Origin: an uncultured candidatus Porisulfidus sp.
GTDB taxonomy: Bacteria; Pseudomonadota; Gammaproteobacteria; Poriferisulfidales; Poriferisulfidaceae
Assembly (NCBI GenBank): GCA_965116025.1
Contig: OZ220480.1
Span: 1,920,001 to 1,984,000 of the forward strand
Direction of reading: 5' to 3'
Length of the DNA: 64,000 bases
Of the stretch, positions 45,372-54,567 are shown piece by piece (the first letter of the stretch is position 1; the number at the start of each line of letters is the position of its first letter). The position numbers were made by a program, and so were the translations under genes. Under the pieces are notes generated by a model that worked only from the letters and a program-made list of their open reading frames with translations, searched no databases and had not been told where the DNA came from.

Positions 45372-47372
45372 ATGCCCTCTCCACGCCGCATCCTGGTCAC
45401 CAGCGCCCTGCCCTACGCCAACGGGCCGATCCACCTGGGCCACCTGGTGGAGTATCTGCAGACCGACATCTGGGTTCGATTTCAGCGCTCGCGCGACGTG
45501 GAATGCTCCTACGTGTGCGCCGATGACGCGCACGGCACGCCGATCATGCTGCTCGCGCGCGAGCGCGGGATCAGCCCCGAGCGACTGATCGAGGAGATCG
45601 GGCGACAGCACCGCGCCGACTTCTCCGATTTTCTGATCGAGTTCGACCAGTATCACAGCACGCACAGCGAGGAGAATCGCCAGCTGGCGCGCAGCGTCTT
45701 CCAGACCCTGTCCGAGGCCGGGCACATCCGCCGCAAGACGATCTCGCGGTACTTCGACCCCAGCGCCGGGATGTTCCTTTCCGACCGCTACCTGCGCGGC
45801 ACCTGCCCGCGCTGCGGCGCCGAGGAGCAGTACGGGGACGCCTGCGAGCGCTGCGGCGCGACGTACGACTCGAGCGAGCTGGTCAACCCGCGCTCGACGC
45901 TCAGCGACGCGCCCCCCGAGCTTCGGGAGACCGAGCATCTGTTCTTCCGCCTCGGCGACTTCGCCGAGACGCTCCGGAGCTGGGCCGAGCGCGGCGGCGT
46001 GCAACCGGAGATCAAGAACAAGCTCGACGAGTGGTTCGAGGCCGGGCTGCGCGACTGGGACATCAGTCGGGACGCGCCATACTTCGGCTTCGAGATCCCC
46101 GACGCGCCAGGGCAATATTTCTACGTCTGGCTCGACGCGCCGATCGGCTACATGGCCAGCCACCTGCGCCTATGCCGGGAGCGGGGCCTCGATTTCGACG
46201 ACTACTGGCGCGCCGACAGCGAGACCGAGCTGTACCACTTCATCGGCAAGGACATCGCCTACTTCCACACCCTGTTCTGGCCCGCCCTGCTGCGCGGCGC
46301 CGGATACCGGTTGCCGACCGCGGTGTGGTGCCACGGCTTCCTCACCATCAACGGCGAGAAGATGTCGAAGTCCACCGGCACCTTCATCGAGGCGCGCGCC
46401 TACCTGCGTCACCTCGACCCGGAGCACCTGCGCTACTACTTCGCCACCAAGCTGTCGCCCGCCATCAGCGACATCAACCTGAACCTGGACGACTTCGTCG
46501 CGCGCGTCAACAGCGACCTGATCGGCAAGGTCGTGAACATCGCCAGCCGCTGCGCCGGCTTCATCGAGAAGCGGTTCGGCGGACGGCTCGCGAAGCGGCT
46601 TCCGGACCCCGCCCTGTTCTCGGAGTTCGCGGCGGCGGCGGACGGATTGGCCGAGCGCTACGAGACGCGGAGCTTCTCCCAAGCCATGCGCGAGATCATG
46701 GCGCTGGCCGACCGCGCCAACCAGTACGTGACGCGGCAGAAACCCTGGGAGACGGCGCGCGCGGAGGCCACCCGCGAGCGGGCCTGGGAGGCATGCACCC
46801 AAGGCATCAACCTGTTCCGCACGCTGATCGTCTACCTGAAACCCGTGTTGCCCACGCTCGCCGCCAAAAGCGAGGCCTTCCTCGACTCCGGCCCGCTCGA
46901 CTGGGAAGCCTGCCAAACGCCTCTTCTGGACCGCCCGATCCGACCGTTCGCCCCTCTCTCCACCCGAATCGATCCGAAAGACGTTCGCGCCATGGTCGAG
47001 GAAACCAAGGCCGCCAGCGCCCCTCCGAGGCCAGAAGCCGCGCGTCCCGACTCCATCCCGTATGAAGACTTCGCCAAGATTGATCTTCGGGTCGCCCGAA
47101 TCGAGGAAGCGCGCGAGATCAAGGGCGCCGACCGACTGCTGGCGCTGACTCTGGACCTGGGCGACGGGCGCCGTCAGGTGATCGCCGGCATCCGCTCCTC
47201 CTACGCCCCGGAGCGCTTGCTCGGACGATTGGTCGTGGCGGTCGCCAACCTGGAACCGCGACGGATGCGCTTCGGCACGTCCGAAGGCATGATTCTGGCC
47301 GCTGGCGACAACGAGGGCATCTGGCTGCTGAGTCCAGACGAGGGCGCCCGTCCCGGCATGAAGATTCGGTGA
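45372..47372 (+). CDS. metG: Methionine--tRNA ligase
   Basis: [13 protein letters not shown], zinc knuckles, KMSKS, C-terminal tRNA-binding domain. Confidence 0.99.
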   Translation: MPSPRRILVTSALPYANGPIHLGHLVEYLQTDIWVRFQRSRDVECSYVCADDAHGTPIMLLARERGISPERLIEEIGRQHRADFSDFLIEFDQYHSTHSEENRQLARSVFQTLSEAGHIRRKTISRYFDPSAGMFLSDRYLRGTCPRCGAEEQYGDACERCGATYDSSELVNPRSTLSDAPPELRETEHLFFRLGDFAETLRSWAERGGVQPEIKNKLDEWFEAGLRDWDISRDAPYFGFEIPDAPGQYFYVWLDAPIGYMASHLRLCRERGLDFDDYWRADSETELYHFIGKDIAYFHTLFWPALLRGAGYRLPTAVWCHGFLTINGEKMSKSTGTFIEARAYLRHLDPEHLRYYFATKLSPAISDINLNLDDFVARVNSDLIGKVVNIASRCAGFIEKRFGGRLAKRLPDPALFSEFAAAADGLAERYETRSFSQAMREIMALADRANQYVTRQKPWETARAEATRERAWEACTQGINLFRTLIVYLKPVLPTLAAKSEAFLDSGPLDWEACQTPLLDRPIRPFAPLSTRIDPKDVRAMVEETKAASAPPRPEAARPDSIPYEDFAKIDLRVARIEEAREIKGADRLLALTLDLGDGRRQVIAGIRSSYAPERLLGRLVVAVANLEPRRMRFGTSEGMILAAGDNEGIWLLSPDEGARPGMKIR

Positions 47373-47773
47373 GCGTCGCCCGAGTCGCCTGGATCGATCT
47401 TCCACGGTGCGTGGGCTGCGCCCTGTGCGTCGAGGCCTGTCCATTCGACGCCATCGCCGGGGTCGCCGAGCGAGCTCATCGCGTGATCCCGGGGTTGTGC
47501 ACGGAATGCGGGCTGTGCCTTCCAGCCTGTCCGGTCGACTGCATCTCCCTGCGTCCGGACCCGGCGCACCCGACCCGCGACCGCGACTACCGCCGGCAGG
47601 CGCGCGACCGGGCGCGACGGCGCCTGCGGCGCCGGGCGGCGCTGCGCGAGACGCGAGAGAGCCAGCTACGGGAGGCTCACGCCGGATTCCGCGACGACGA
47701 CGATGCCGCGCGGCGGGCCGCTATCCACGAGGCCGTCGCCCGAGCGCGCGGAAGCGCGGCATCCCCCAGCTGA
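47369..47773 (+). CDS. RnfB/RsxB-like 2x[4Fe-4S] ferredoxin (short form)
   Basis: [12 protein letters not shown] and [12 protein letters not shown]; between metG and nth. Confidence 0.85.
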   Translation: MSVARVAWIDLPRCVGCALCVEACPFDAIAGVAERAHRVIPGLCTECGLCLPACPVDCISLRPDPAHPTRDRDYRRQARDRARRRLRRRAALRETRESQLREAHAGFRDDDDAARRAAIHEAVARARGSAASPS

Positions 47774-48405
47774 TGGACGAGCGCCAAGTCGAGCGAATTT
47801 TCCAGCGCTTTCGCGATCTGCGCCCGCACCCGACCACCGAGCTGCGCTACCGCGACGAATTCGAGCTGCTCATCGCGGTCATCCTGTCCGCCCAGTGCAC
47901 GGACGTCGCGGTCAACAAGGCGACGACGAAACTGTTCGCCCGCGCCCACGCGCCCGAGACCATCCTGGCGCTCGGAGTCGAGGGCCTCATCCCGTACATC
48001 CGCACCATCGGCCTGCACAACAGCAAAGCCGCGAACATCATCGCCACCTGCCAAATCCTTCTCGAGCGGCATGGCGGAAAAGTGCCGCGCGACCGAGAAT
48101 CCCTGCAGGCGCTGCCCGGAGTCGGGCGAAAAACCGCGAACGTCGTCCTGAACACCGCGTTCGGAGAGCCCGTCATCGCGGTGGACACTCATATCTTCCG
48201 GGTCGGCAACCGCGTCGGCCTCGCGCCGGGGCGCACCCCCCGCGAGGTGGAGGACGGCCTGACGCGCCTGGTGCCCGAGGCATTCCTCAAGAACGCTCAT
48301 CACTGGCTGATCCTGCATGGGCGGCACACCTGCACGGCGCGCGCGCCGAAGTGCTCGGAGTGCGGAATCTCGGACCTGTGCGAATGGCCGGAGCGGAATC
48401 CGTGA
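47773..48405 (+). CDS. nth: Endonuclease III
   Basis: LLIAVILSAQCTD, LPGVGRKTANVV, AVDTHIFRV, C-x6-C-x2-C-x5-C. Confidence 0.98.
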   Translation: MDERQVERIFQRFRDLRPHPTTELRYRDEFELLIAVILSAQCTDVAVNKATTKLFARAHAPETILALGVEGLIPYIRTIGLHNSKAANIIATCQILLERHGGKVPRDRESLQALPGVGRKTANVVLNTAFGEPVIAVDTHIFRVGNRVGLAPGRTPREVEDGLTRLVPEAFLKNAHHWLILHGRHTCTARAPKCSECGISDLCEWPERNP

Positions 48406-48521
48406 GAGGCGGCGCCGGGAAGGGAACCAACGAGCGGCGCGCGAGTCATAGCGTTTGCTACAATCCGAGCGACGACGCACGCGTCGTCTTTCATTAAATT
48501 TTTCAAGGAGCGCTTGACACC

Positions 48522-48851
48522 ATGAACCAGAAAGAACTCAATCCCATCGCCCTGGCCCTGGGCCTCACGGGCGCGCTGGCCTGCTCCAGCGCCGTCGCCG
48601 CCGATAACCCGTTCAGCCTGACCGAGCTGTCTGGACAGACCTACGCCGGCTCGCACGGAGGCGAGGGCAAATGCGGCGAAGGCAAGTGTGGCGAGGATAA
48701 AGATGCCGGCGAGGGCAAGAAGAAAGAGAAATGCGAGGGCCGATGCGGCGAGGGAAAATGCGGCGAAGGCAAGTGTGGCGAGGATAAGGACGCCAGCGAG
48801 GGCAAATGCGGCGAAGGCAAATGCGGCGGAGACGCCGGCGAGGGCGAATAA
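48522..48851 (+). CDS. HvfA/bufferin-type exported RiPP precursor with EGKCG repeats
   Basis: Signal peptide ending near AADNPF; six EGKCG plus EGRCG and EKC; followed by DoxX, DUF692 and DUF2063. Confidence 0.9.
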   Translation: MNQKELNPIALALGLTGALACSSAVAADNPFSLTELSGQTYAGSHGGEGKCGEGKCGEDKDAGEGKKKEKCEGRCGEGKCGEGKCGEDKDASEGKCGEGKCGGDAGEGE

Positions 48852-48867
48852 CGCCCGCCTCCCGATT

Positions 48868-48901
48868 CCCGAAGAGCCCGGCCTCGCTCGGGCCCTTCGG
48901 G
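48868..48901 (+). terminator. GC-rich hairpin after the RiPP precursor (stabiliser or partial terminator)
   Basis: CCCGAAGAGCCCG...CGGGCCCTTCGGG inverted repeat, with no U tract. Confidence 0.5.
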
Positions 48902-48959
48902 AACCCCGCCCCCGGAGACGACGGGCTCCAGCCCTGTCCATGACCGAGACTCCGGCCTC

Positions 48960-49577
48960 ATGAACCTGACTCGATTCGCCTGCGCCGCCCACCGCTCCCT
49001 CGAGCGCGCGCGGCCCCTTGATTTCCTGCCATCGCTGGCGTTGCGCCTGTATCTCGCCCCGATCTTCATCGAGGCGGGAGCTCGCAAGCTGGACCTGCCG
49101 AGTCTGCTGCCGAAGGAGAGCGTCGCGCATTGGTTCGAGTACGGCCTGGAACTGCCGCTTCCGACCCTGATGGCCGCCTTGGCCGGCTGGGCCGAGCTGT
49201 TCGGCGGCGTTCTGCTGCTGATCGGCCTCGCCACCCGCTGGGCCAGCATTCCCCTGATGATCACCATGCTGGTCGCCGCCTTCGCCGCGCACTGGAAGAA
49301 CGGCTGGCTCGCGATCGCCACCGACAGTGGGTTCTTCGCCACCGAGCGCACCATCGAGGCCACCGAGCGTCTGCAGGTCGCCCGATCCATCCTGCGCGAG
49401 GACGGCGACTACGCCTGGCTGACCGAGCACGGCAGCTTGGTCATGCTGAACAATGGCGTCGAGTTCGCGGTCACCTACCTCATCATGCTGCTGGCACTGT
49501 TCTTCCTAGGCGCGGGGCGCTACGTCAGCCTGGACCACTGGATCGCGCGGCGCTTCCAGCATGCCTGCTCGAGGTGA
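48960..49577 (+). CDS. DoxX family membrane protein (HvfX-like)
   Basis: [47 protein letters not shown]. Confidence 0.9.
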   Translation: MNLTRFACAAHRSLERARPLDFLPSLALRLYLAPIFIEAGARKLDLPSLLPKESVAHWFEYGLELPLPTLMAALAGWAELFGGVLLLIGLATRWASIPLMITMLVAAFAAHWKNGWLAIATDSGFFATERTIEATERLQVARSILREDGDYAWLTEHGSLVMLNNGVEFAVTYLIMLLALFFLGAGRYVSLDHWIARRFQHACSR

Positions 49578-50403
49578 GACGCCCGGCCCGCGCGCCGCGG
49601 GCCTCGGCCTGCGCCGCGATATCCTCGACGAGGTCCTCCGCCTCGAGGACGGCGCGGTCGACTTCCTCGAGGTCGCGCCCGAGAACTGGATCGGCCTCGG
49701 CGGTCCGCTGAAGACCCGATTCGACGAGCTCGCCGAGCGCTACCCCATCACCACGCACGGCCTGTCGCTGTCGCTCGGCGGACCGACTCCACTAGACCAG
49801 GATCTGCTTAAGAGCGTCCGCGGCTTTCTGGATGACTACGGCATCGGCCTCTACAGCGAGCATCTCAGCTACTGCTCGGACCACGCGCATCTCTATGACC
49901 TCGCGCCAATCCCATTCACGGAAGAGGCCGCGCGCTACGTCGGCGGACGCATCCGCGAGACGCAACGGGCGCTGGACCGCCAGATTCTGGTCGAGAACGT
50001 CTCCTACTACGCCGCGCCAGGCAAGCGAATGGAGGAAATCGACTTCATCCGGAACGCGCTTGAGGAGGCCGACTGCCTGATGCTGCTGGACGTCAACAAC
50101 GTCTACGTCAACTCGGTGAACCATGGCTACGACGCGCGCGCCTACATCGACGCGCTGCCCGCCGAGCGAGTGGCGTACTTTCACGTCGCCGGACACTACC
50201 ACGAGGCCGAAGACCTGATCATCGACACGCACGGCTCCGACGTGATCGAGTCGGTCTGGGATCTCCTAGAACATGCGTGCGCGAGGTTCGGCCCGCGGCC
50301 GACCCTGCTGGAACGCGACTTCAACTTCCCGCCGATCGACCGTCTGGTCAGGGAGGTCCGCCGCGTTCGCCGCTATCAGGCGAGCGCTTCGGGGTCCGCC
50401 TAA
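49561..50403 (+). CDS. Multinuclear non-heme iron oxidase (DUF692, HvfB/BufB-like)
   Basis: [52 protein letters not shown]. Confidence 0.95.
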   Translation: MPARGETPGPRAAGLGLRRDILDEVLRLEDGAVDFLEVAPENWIGLGGPLKTRFDELAERYPITTHGLSLSLGGPTPLDQDLLKSVRGFLDDYGIGLYSEHLSYCSDHAHLYDLAPIPFTEEAARYVGGRIRETQRALDRQILVENVSYYAAPGKRMEEIDFIRNALEEADCLMLLDVNNVYVNSVNHGYDARAYIDALPAERVAYFHVAGHYHEAEDLIIDTHGSDVIESVWDLLEHACARFGPRPTLLERDFNFPPIDRLVREVRRVRRYQASASGSA

Positions 50404-50406
50404 CCG

Positions 50407-51186
50407 ATGCCCGCGCGGCCCGAGTTCCAGCGCGTTCAAGAAGAGTTCTGCGCGCACCTGCGCGACCCCCGCCGCGCCCCTCGCCCGAAAGACGTCTCGG
50501 AACGGCGCATGGCCGTCTACCGAAACCTTTTCTCTAAGAACATCCAAGGCTTGATCGAGCGCTCGTTCCCCCTGAGCGCCCACCTGCTCGGGACGGAGAC
50601 GACGCGCGCGCTGTCCCGCGCCTTCTACTCGCGGCATGGCTGCCGCACGCCCTACTTCCACAAAATCGGACAGGAGTTCGTGGACTACTTGGCCCGAGAG
50701 CACGACGGCGATCCGGAGTTGCCCCCCTTCCTGGCGGAGCTCGCCCGCCACGAGTGGACCGAGGTCCGGGTCCGGCTGAACGACGATCCGCCGCCATACC
50801 CTCCCGAGCGGATCGATCCAGACGGAGATCTGCTGGAGCGTCCCGTGGTCCTGTCCCCCGCTTCAGAGCTCTGCGTCCACGCCTACCCGGTGCACCGCGT
50901 CAAGCGGAATTCGCCACCGCCGCGCGAGAGCGAGACCCCGACGTTCCTGCTCGCGTTCCGCGATTCCACCGGAGCCGCCCGTTTCCTGGAGCTCAGCCCG
51001 GCCACCGCCCGGCTGATCGCCCTGCTGATGGATCAGCCGGAGATCCCCGCGCGATCACAGTTCGGAAGAATCGCCACCGAGCTCGGCCGCGACATGTCCG
51101 AGGCGCTGGTCGACGGGGGCCGGCAAGCGCTGGAAAGATTGCGCTCGCTCGGCGCCATCCTTGGCGCGCTCCGGCCCTCCGGCTGA
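50407..51186 (+). CDS. DUF2063 MNIO partner protein (HvfC/BufC-like)
   Basis: FCAHLRDP...RRMAVYR...TPYFHKIGQEF...ELARHEW. Confidence 0.92.
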   Translation: MPARPEFQRVQEEFCAHLRDPRRAPRPKDVSERRMAVYRNLFSKNIQGLIERSFPLSAHLLGTETTRALSRAFYSRHGCRTPYFHKIGQEFVDYLAREHDGDPELPPFLAELARHEWTEVRVRLNDDPPPYPPERIDPDGDLLERPVVLSPASELCVHAYPVHRVKRNSPPPRESETPTFLLAFRDSTGAARFLELSPATARLIALLMDQPEIPARSQFGRIATELGRDMSEALVDGGRQALERLRSLGAILGALRPSG

Positions 51187-52049
51187 ATCGGCGCCGGATC
51201 GGCGTCTCCTTGAGCACGGCGAAGCTCCAGCCGCTCGCCGAGCCAGCGCTGCACCAGGATCCAGATCTCCCGCAACGAGACCCTTCTCCCGAGACTCTCG
51301 TGCAGCGCCAGGAAGAAGCCCGGCTGGCGCAACGGATCGACCCCTTGGTCGTAGCTCCGATACCGGCGCGTGAACTCCTCGTACAAGAGATACTGCAGAT
51401 CGTCGGAAAGCGCCCGAGGGCGGCCGCGGCACTGTCGTCCATGCATCTCGCGCGCCTCCGCGTACAACTGGCTGTTCATGCCGTAATAGCGCATCATCAG
51501 GTCCCGGGGCGCGTCGGCGCGAATCAACTCCGCGCACTGGCCGATCCAGCGCGCCGAGGCGATGGCCGTGTCGATCGACCGCTCCAGAAGCGGACCGTCG
51601 ATCCGCACGGTCGTGAAGAACCAGAGATATCGCGCCAGCTTCTGGAGGTCCACCCAGGGACGCATGCTGATGAACTCGGCCTGCTCCGGCTCCAGGCCAA
51701 GCTCGCCGAGTGGCCGCTGGCGGTTCCGTCGGTACAGCGTGATGACGTGGTTGAAGACGCTCAGGCACAAATCCACCTCCCGGGTCTTGGACTGGGCCCC
51801 GCTCATGGCGACCGGGTCCTCGAGCGCCAAGCGATAGCACTGCCTGAGGATCTCGAACTGCAGGTGGAAGACGGCGAAGCGTCCGCCGACTCCACTGAGG
51901 GTGTTGCTCTCGAACGCGGAAAGCTTGCTGACGCGCCCCGCCTGCCCGCGGTCGATGTTAAGGGTGGCCAGAACCGCCCAATCGTCGTCGTGGTAGCAAC
52001 GCGAGATATAGCTGACCAGCGCGAAGTTCAAAAGGTTTTTTGTTCTCAT
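51033..52049 (-). CDS. DUF2857 (STY4526/YPO1902, ICE BisC-like) protein with duplicated N-terminal repeat
   Basis: LIRADAPRDLMMRYYGM...RGRPRALS...LREIWILVQRW resembles DUF2857; 3' end overlaps the convergent DUF2063 gene. Confidence 0.65.
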   Translation of the reverse strand: MRTKNLLNFALVSYISRCYHDDDWAVLATLNIDRGQAGRVSKLSAFESNTLSGVGGRFAVFHLQFEILRQCYRLALEDPVAMSGAQSKTREVDLCLSVFNHVITLYRRNRQRPLGELGLEPEQAEFISMRPWVDLQKLARYLWFFTTVRIDGPLLERSIDTAIASARWIGQCAELIRADAPRDLMMRYYGMNSQLYAEAREMHGRQCRGRPRALSDDLQYLLYEEFTRRYRSYDQGVDPLRQPGFFLALHESLGRRVSLREIWILVQRWLGERLELRRAQGDADPAPIQPEGRSAPRMAPSERNLSSACRPPSTSASDMSRPSSVAILPNCDRAGISG

Positions 52050-52405
52050 TATCGGGTCTCCGTTCCTTGGCTTCGCCCGAACCCTCGCGTCGCCGGACGC
52101 GCGGGAAAGAATCCCGCCGAACGAGACCGGGGACCGGCGGGCGCCGGAACACTCGGGAAAGGGTCAGTCGGAGACGAGGGGAAGCCCCCGCTCCGGACTC
52201 GCCAGCATCGCTACTTCTTCGTCTTATTGAGCCGGCCACTACCGCAGACCACCGAGGCACTTCCGTGTGCAAAGGAGAACGCATAGTCACACCCTGATTA
52301 AAAGATTAGGCACCTCCCGATCCAATATACACCAAGCGGGGAGCGCTTTTCTATCGCCTTGATTCACATAGAAATCACATTGAAAATTAGGGGATTCGTC
52401 CCGCG

Positions 52406-53041
52406 CTACAGCCACCGCGCGACGCCGGTCATCACCCGGGCCGCGACCGTCATGCCCAGCCGCGCGAGCGGCGGAACCCGCTCGGCGCCGGCGGCGGCCG
52501 CCCGCCGCCGATGCGCCTCCTCGTCCTCCCGCATCTGGGCCACGATGGCGCGGCTGCGCGCGTCCCGCTCCGGCAAACGCTCCAAGTGGGACTCCAGATG
52601 CACCCCCACCCGCCGCTCGGTCTCTTCCACGAAGCCGAAGCTCCGGCGGTCTCCAGCCAGGCCAGCGGCCAAACCGATCGCCAGAGAGCCCAGTCCCCAC
52701 GCCGGGGTGAGCCAGCTGATCCTCGAGTCCAGCTCGCCCAAGCGCCGCTCGCACCAGCGCAAGTGGTCCGTCTCCTCCCGGGCCGCCGCTCGCATGCTCG
52801 CGCGCGTGAACTCCTCGCGGGCCACCAAGGCCTGTCCGAGATAGAGGCCCTGCGCCGCGACCTCCCCGGCATGATTGACCCGCATGCAGGCGGCGGCTTC
52901 CCGCTTTCGCGGCTCATCCAGATCGTCCGCCGGCAACGACCGCGCCGGATACGCCCGCGCAGGCCCGGGCGGCGCGCGCAGATCGGAAAGCCACCGGCCC
53001 ACCCCGCTCAGCAAAACGTCCGTCGGACTCATTCGGCGCAT
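52406..53041 (-). CDS. coq7: Demethoxyubiquinone hydroxylase Coq7
   Basis: MRVNHAGEVAAQGLY, EETDHL, EETERRVGVHL, EDEEAH di-iron motifs. Confidence 0.95.
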   Translation of the reverse strand: MRRMSPTDVLLSGVGRWLSDLRAPPGPARAYPARSLPADDLDEPRKREAAACMRVNHAGEVAAQGLYLGQALVAREEFTRASMRAAAREETDHLRWCERRLGELDSRISWLTPAWGLGSLAIGLAAGLAGDRRSFGFVEETERRVGVHLESHLERLPERDARSRAIVAQMREDEEAHRRRAAAAGAERVPPLARLGMTVAARVMTGVARWL

Positions 53042-53043
53042 GA

Positions 53044-54216
53044 TCAGTCCCTCAATCGCTCCCGCAACAAGTTTACGGGATGCTGGACGGTCACGTCCAG
53101 CCCGGCCGCGCGGCAGGCCCCGCGCAGATGCAGCGCGCAGCCAATATTGGAGGTCACCAGGATCCTCGCCGAAGCGCGCGTCGCCTCCTCGACGATCTCC
53201 CGAGCCAGCGCCACGGCCGTCCGGGGGAACCGGAACATGGCCACGCCAGCCGCCCCGCAGCATCCGGCGGCGCGGGACTCGACCACGCGCAGGTCCGGAA
53301 CCTTCTCCAGCAAGCGAATCGTCGCGCTCGTCTCCCGGAGGACGTTGCGGGCGCTGCAGGGATGATGCAGCAACACGGTCGCGCGCAATGACCGAAACTC
53401 GAGCCGCTCCCGCCGCTCAGCCAGATACTCCATCACGTCGCGGTGCTTTTCCGCCCAGCGCGCCGCCTCGGCCCCGCCCAGCAAGCGCGGATACTCCCGA
53501 AACTCGGCCGCGCACGCGGTCGCGACCGAGACCACGCGGTCGAGCGCGCGCGCGTCGATTCTCTGGACGTTGCCGCGCGCGGTCGCGTCCGCCCGCGCGG
53601 CCTCTCCCTGGTGCCGGTCCAACGCCCCGCAACACCCTGCCCCTTCCGCCCACACCACCTCGGCGCCGCAACGCGCGAGCAGGCGCGCCGCGTCGTTGAG
53701 CGTGGCCCGGTCCACGGTATCCGAGACGCACCCCGGGAACAGCCCGACCCGAGATCCACCGGTGGCGCGGACGCGCGCGCGCCGCGCCGCGATGGAGTCC
53801 GGCAGCAAGCCCAACAACGGTCCGCCAAGCCGAGCGAGTCCGCTGGAAACGGCCAGCCGCAACCCGAAGCGCGCCAGAGCGCGACCGGCTCTCGAGCCGA
53901 ACAGCCGGGTCCACCACGGCCTCCGCCCCGGCCATCGCGCCCGGGCCTGATCCATCAGCCGCCCGAACGGGACTCGAGCGGGGCAGACCGTCTCGCAGGA
54001 CCGGCACAGCAGGCAACCATCCAGACGCTCCTGGAGGACCGGGCTGACGCGCGCGCGTCCGCTCGCCAAGGCCGCGATCAGCTCGACTCGTCCGCGTGGG
54101 GAATCCGCCTCTCGGCGGTGAACCCGCCAAGTCGGACAATGCGGCAGACAGAGACCGCACTTCACGCAACGGTCCGCGTCGGCCCGGATGCCGGATTCGG
54201 GGGGCGTCTCGTTCAT
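53044..54216 (-). CDS. glcF: GlcF-like Fe-S oxidoreductase (CCG domains)
   Basis: CVKCGLCLPHCPT, SPRGR, CLLCRSCETVCP, two CCG motifs. Confidence 0.75.
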   Translation of the reverse strand: MNETPPESGIRADADRCVKCGLCLPHCPTWRVHRREADSPRGRVELIAALASGRARVSPVLQERLDGCLLCRSCETVCPARVPFGRLMDQARARWPGRRPWWTRLFGSRAGRALARFGLRLAVSSGLARLGGPLLGLLPDSIAARRARVRATGGSRVGLFPGCVSDTVDRATLNDAARLLARCGAEVVWAEGAGCCGALDRHQGEAARADATARGNVQRIDARALDRVVSVATACAAEFREYPRLLGGAEAARWAEKHRDVMEYLAERRERLEFRSLRATVLLHHPCSARNVLRETSATIRLLEKVPDLRVVESRAAGCCGAAGVAMFRFPRTAVALAREIVEEATRASARILVTSNIGCALHLRGACRAAGLDVTVQHPVNLLRERLRD

Positions 54217-54377
54217 CGCGCGAACCTTTGCGTATCCTCGACGCCATTCTACGGGGCGGCTGGTCGGAACCGCGCCTCGCGGCCAGAAGGCGCCCGACCG
54301 AGGTCGGCCCCCCACATGAAAATCCGAGCCGGAACAAGGACGGAGGAAGGACCCCACGCCGCTAGGCGCAGCCCTGC

Positions 54378-54441
54378 TTATGCACATGTTGTCCACCCGT
54401 TCTGCCCCACGAAACGCGCCGATTTAGTCCCCTTTTCCACA
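54378..54441 (+). promoter_or_regulatory. DnaA boxes upstream of nrdA
   Basis: TTATGCACA (54378-54386) and TTTTCCACA (54433-54441) fit TTWTNCACA; a weaker TTGTCCACC at 54389-54397. Confidence 0.6.
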
Positions 54442-54484
54442 TTTTGTAGCGTTGACATAGAGTGAGATATACTATATCTTGCGA
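54437..54484 (+). promoter_or_regulatory. Tandem NrdR boxes overlapping the sigma70 promoter of nrdAB
   Basis: CCACATTTTGTAGCGT (54437) and ATACTATATCTTGCGA (54469), 32 bp apart; TTGACA(54452)-17bp-TATCTT. Confidence 0.75.
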
Positions 54485-54567
54485 GTCCGGCGGCGGTGGC
54501 CGTCGGCGCCCCGCGTCCGGGAAACCCCGGGCGCGGGAAACCATAATGATAACAACGCGAAACTCAT

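Noticed and set aside
47369-47773. Stand-alone rnfB-like gene without the rnf operon
   Set aside because: The metG-rnfB-nth arrangement is common in proteobacteria and is not novel.
48659-48850. Short direct repeats resembling a CRISPR or tandem array
   Set aside because: They are in-frame coding repeats of the EGKCG precursor; there are no unique spacers or cas genes.
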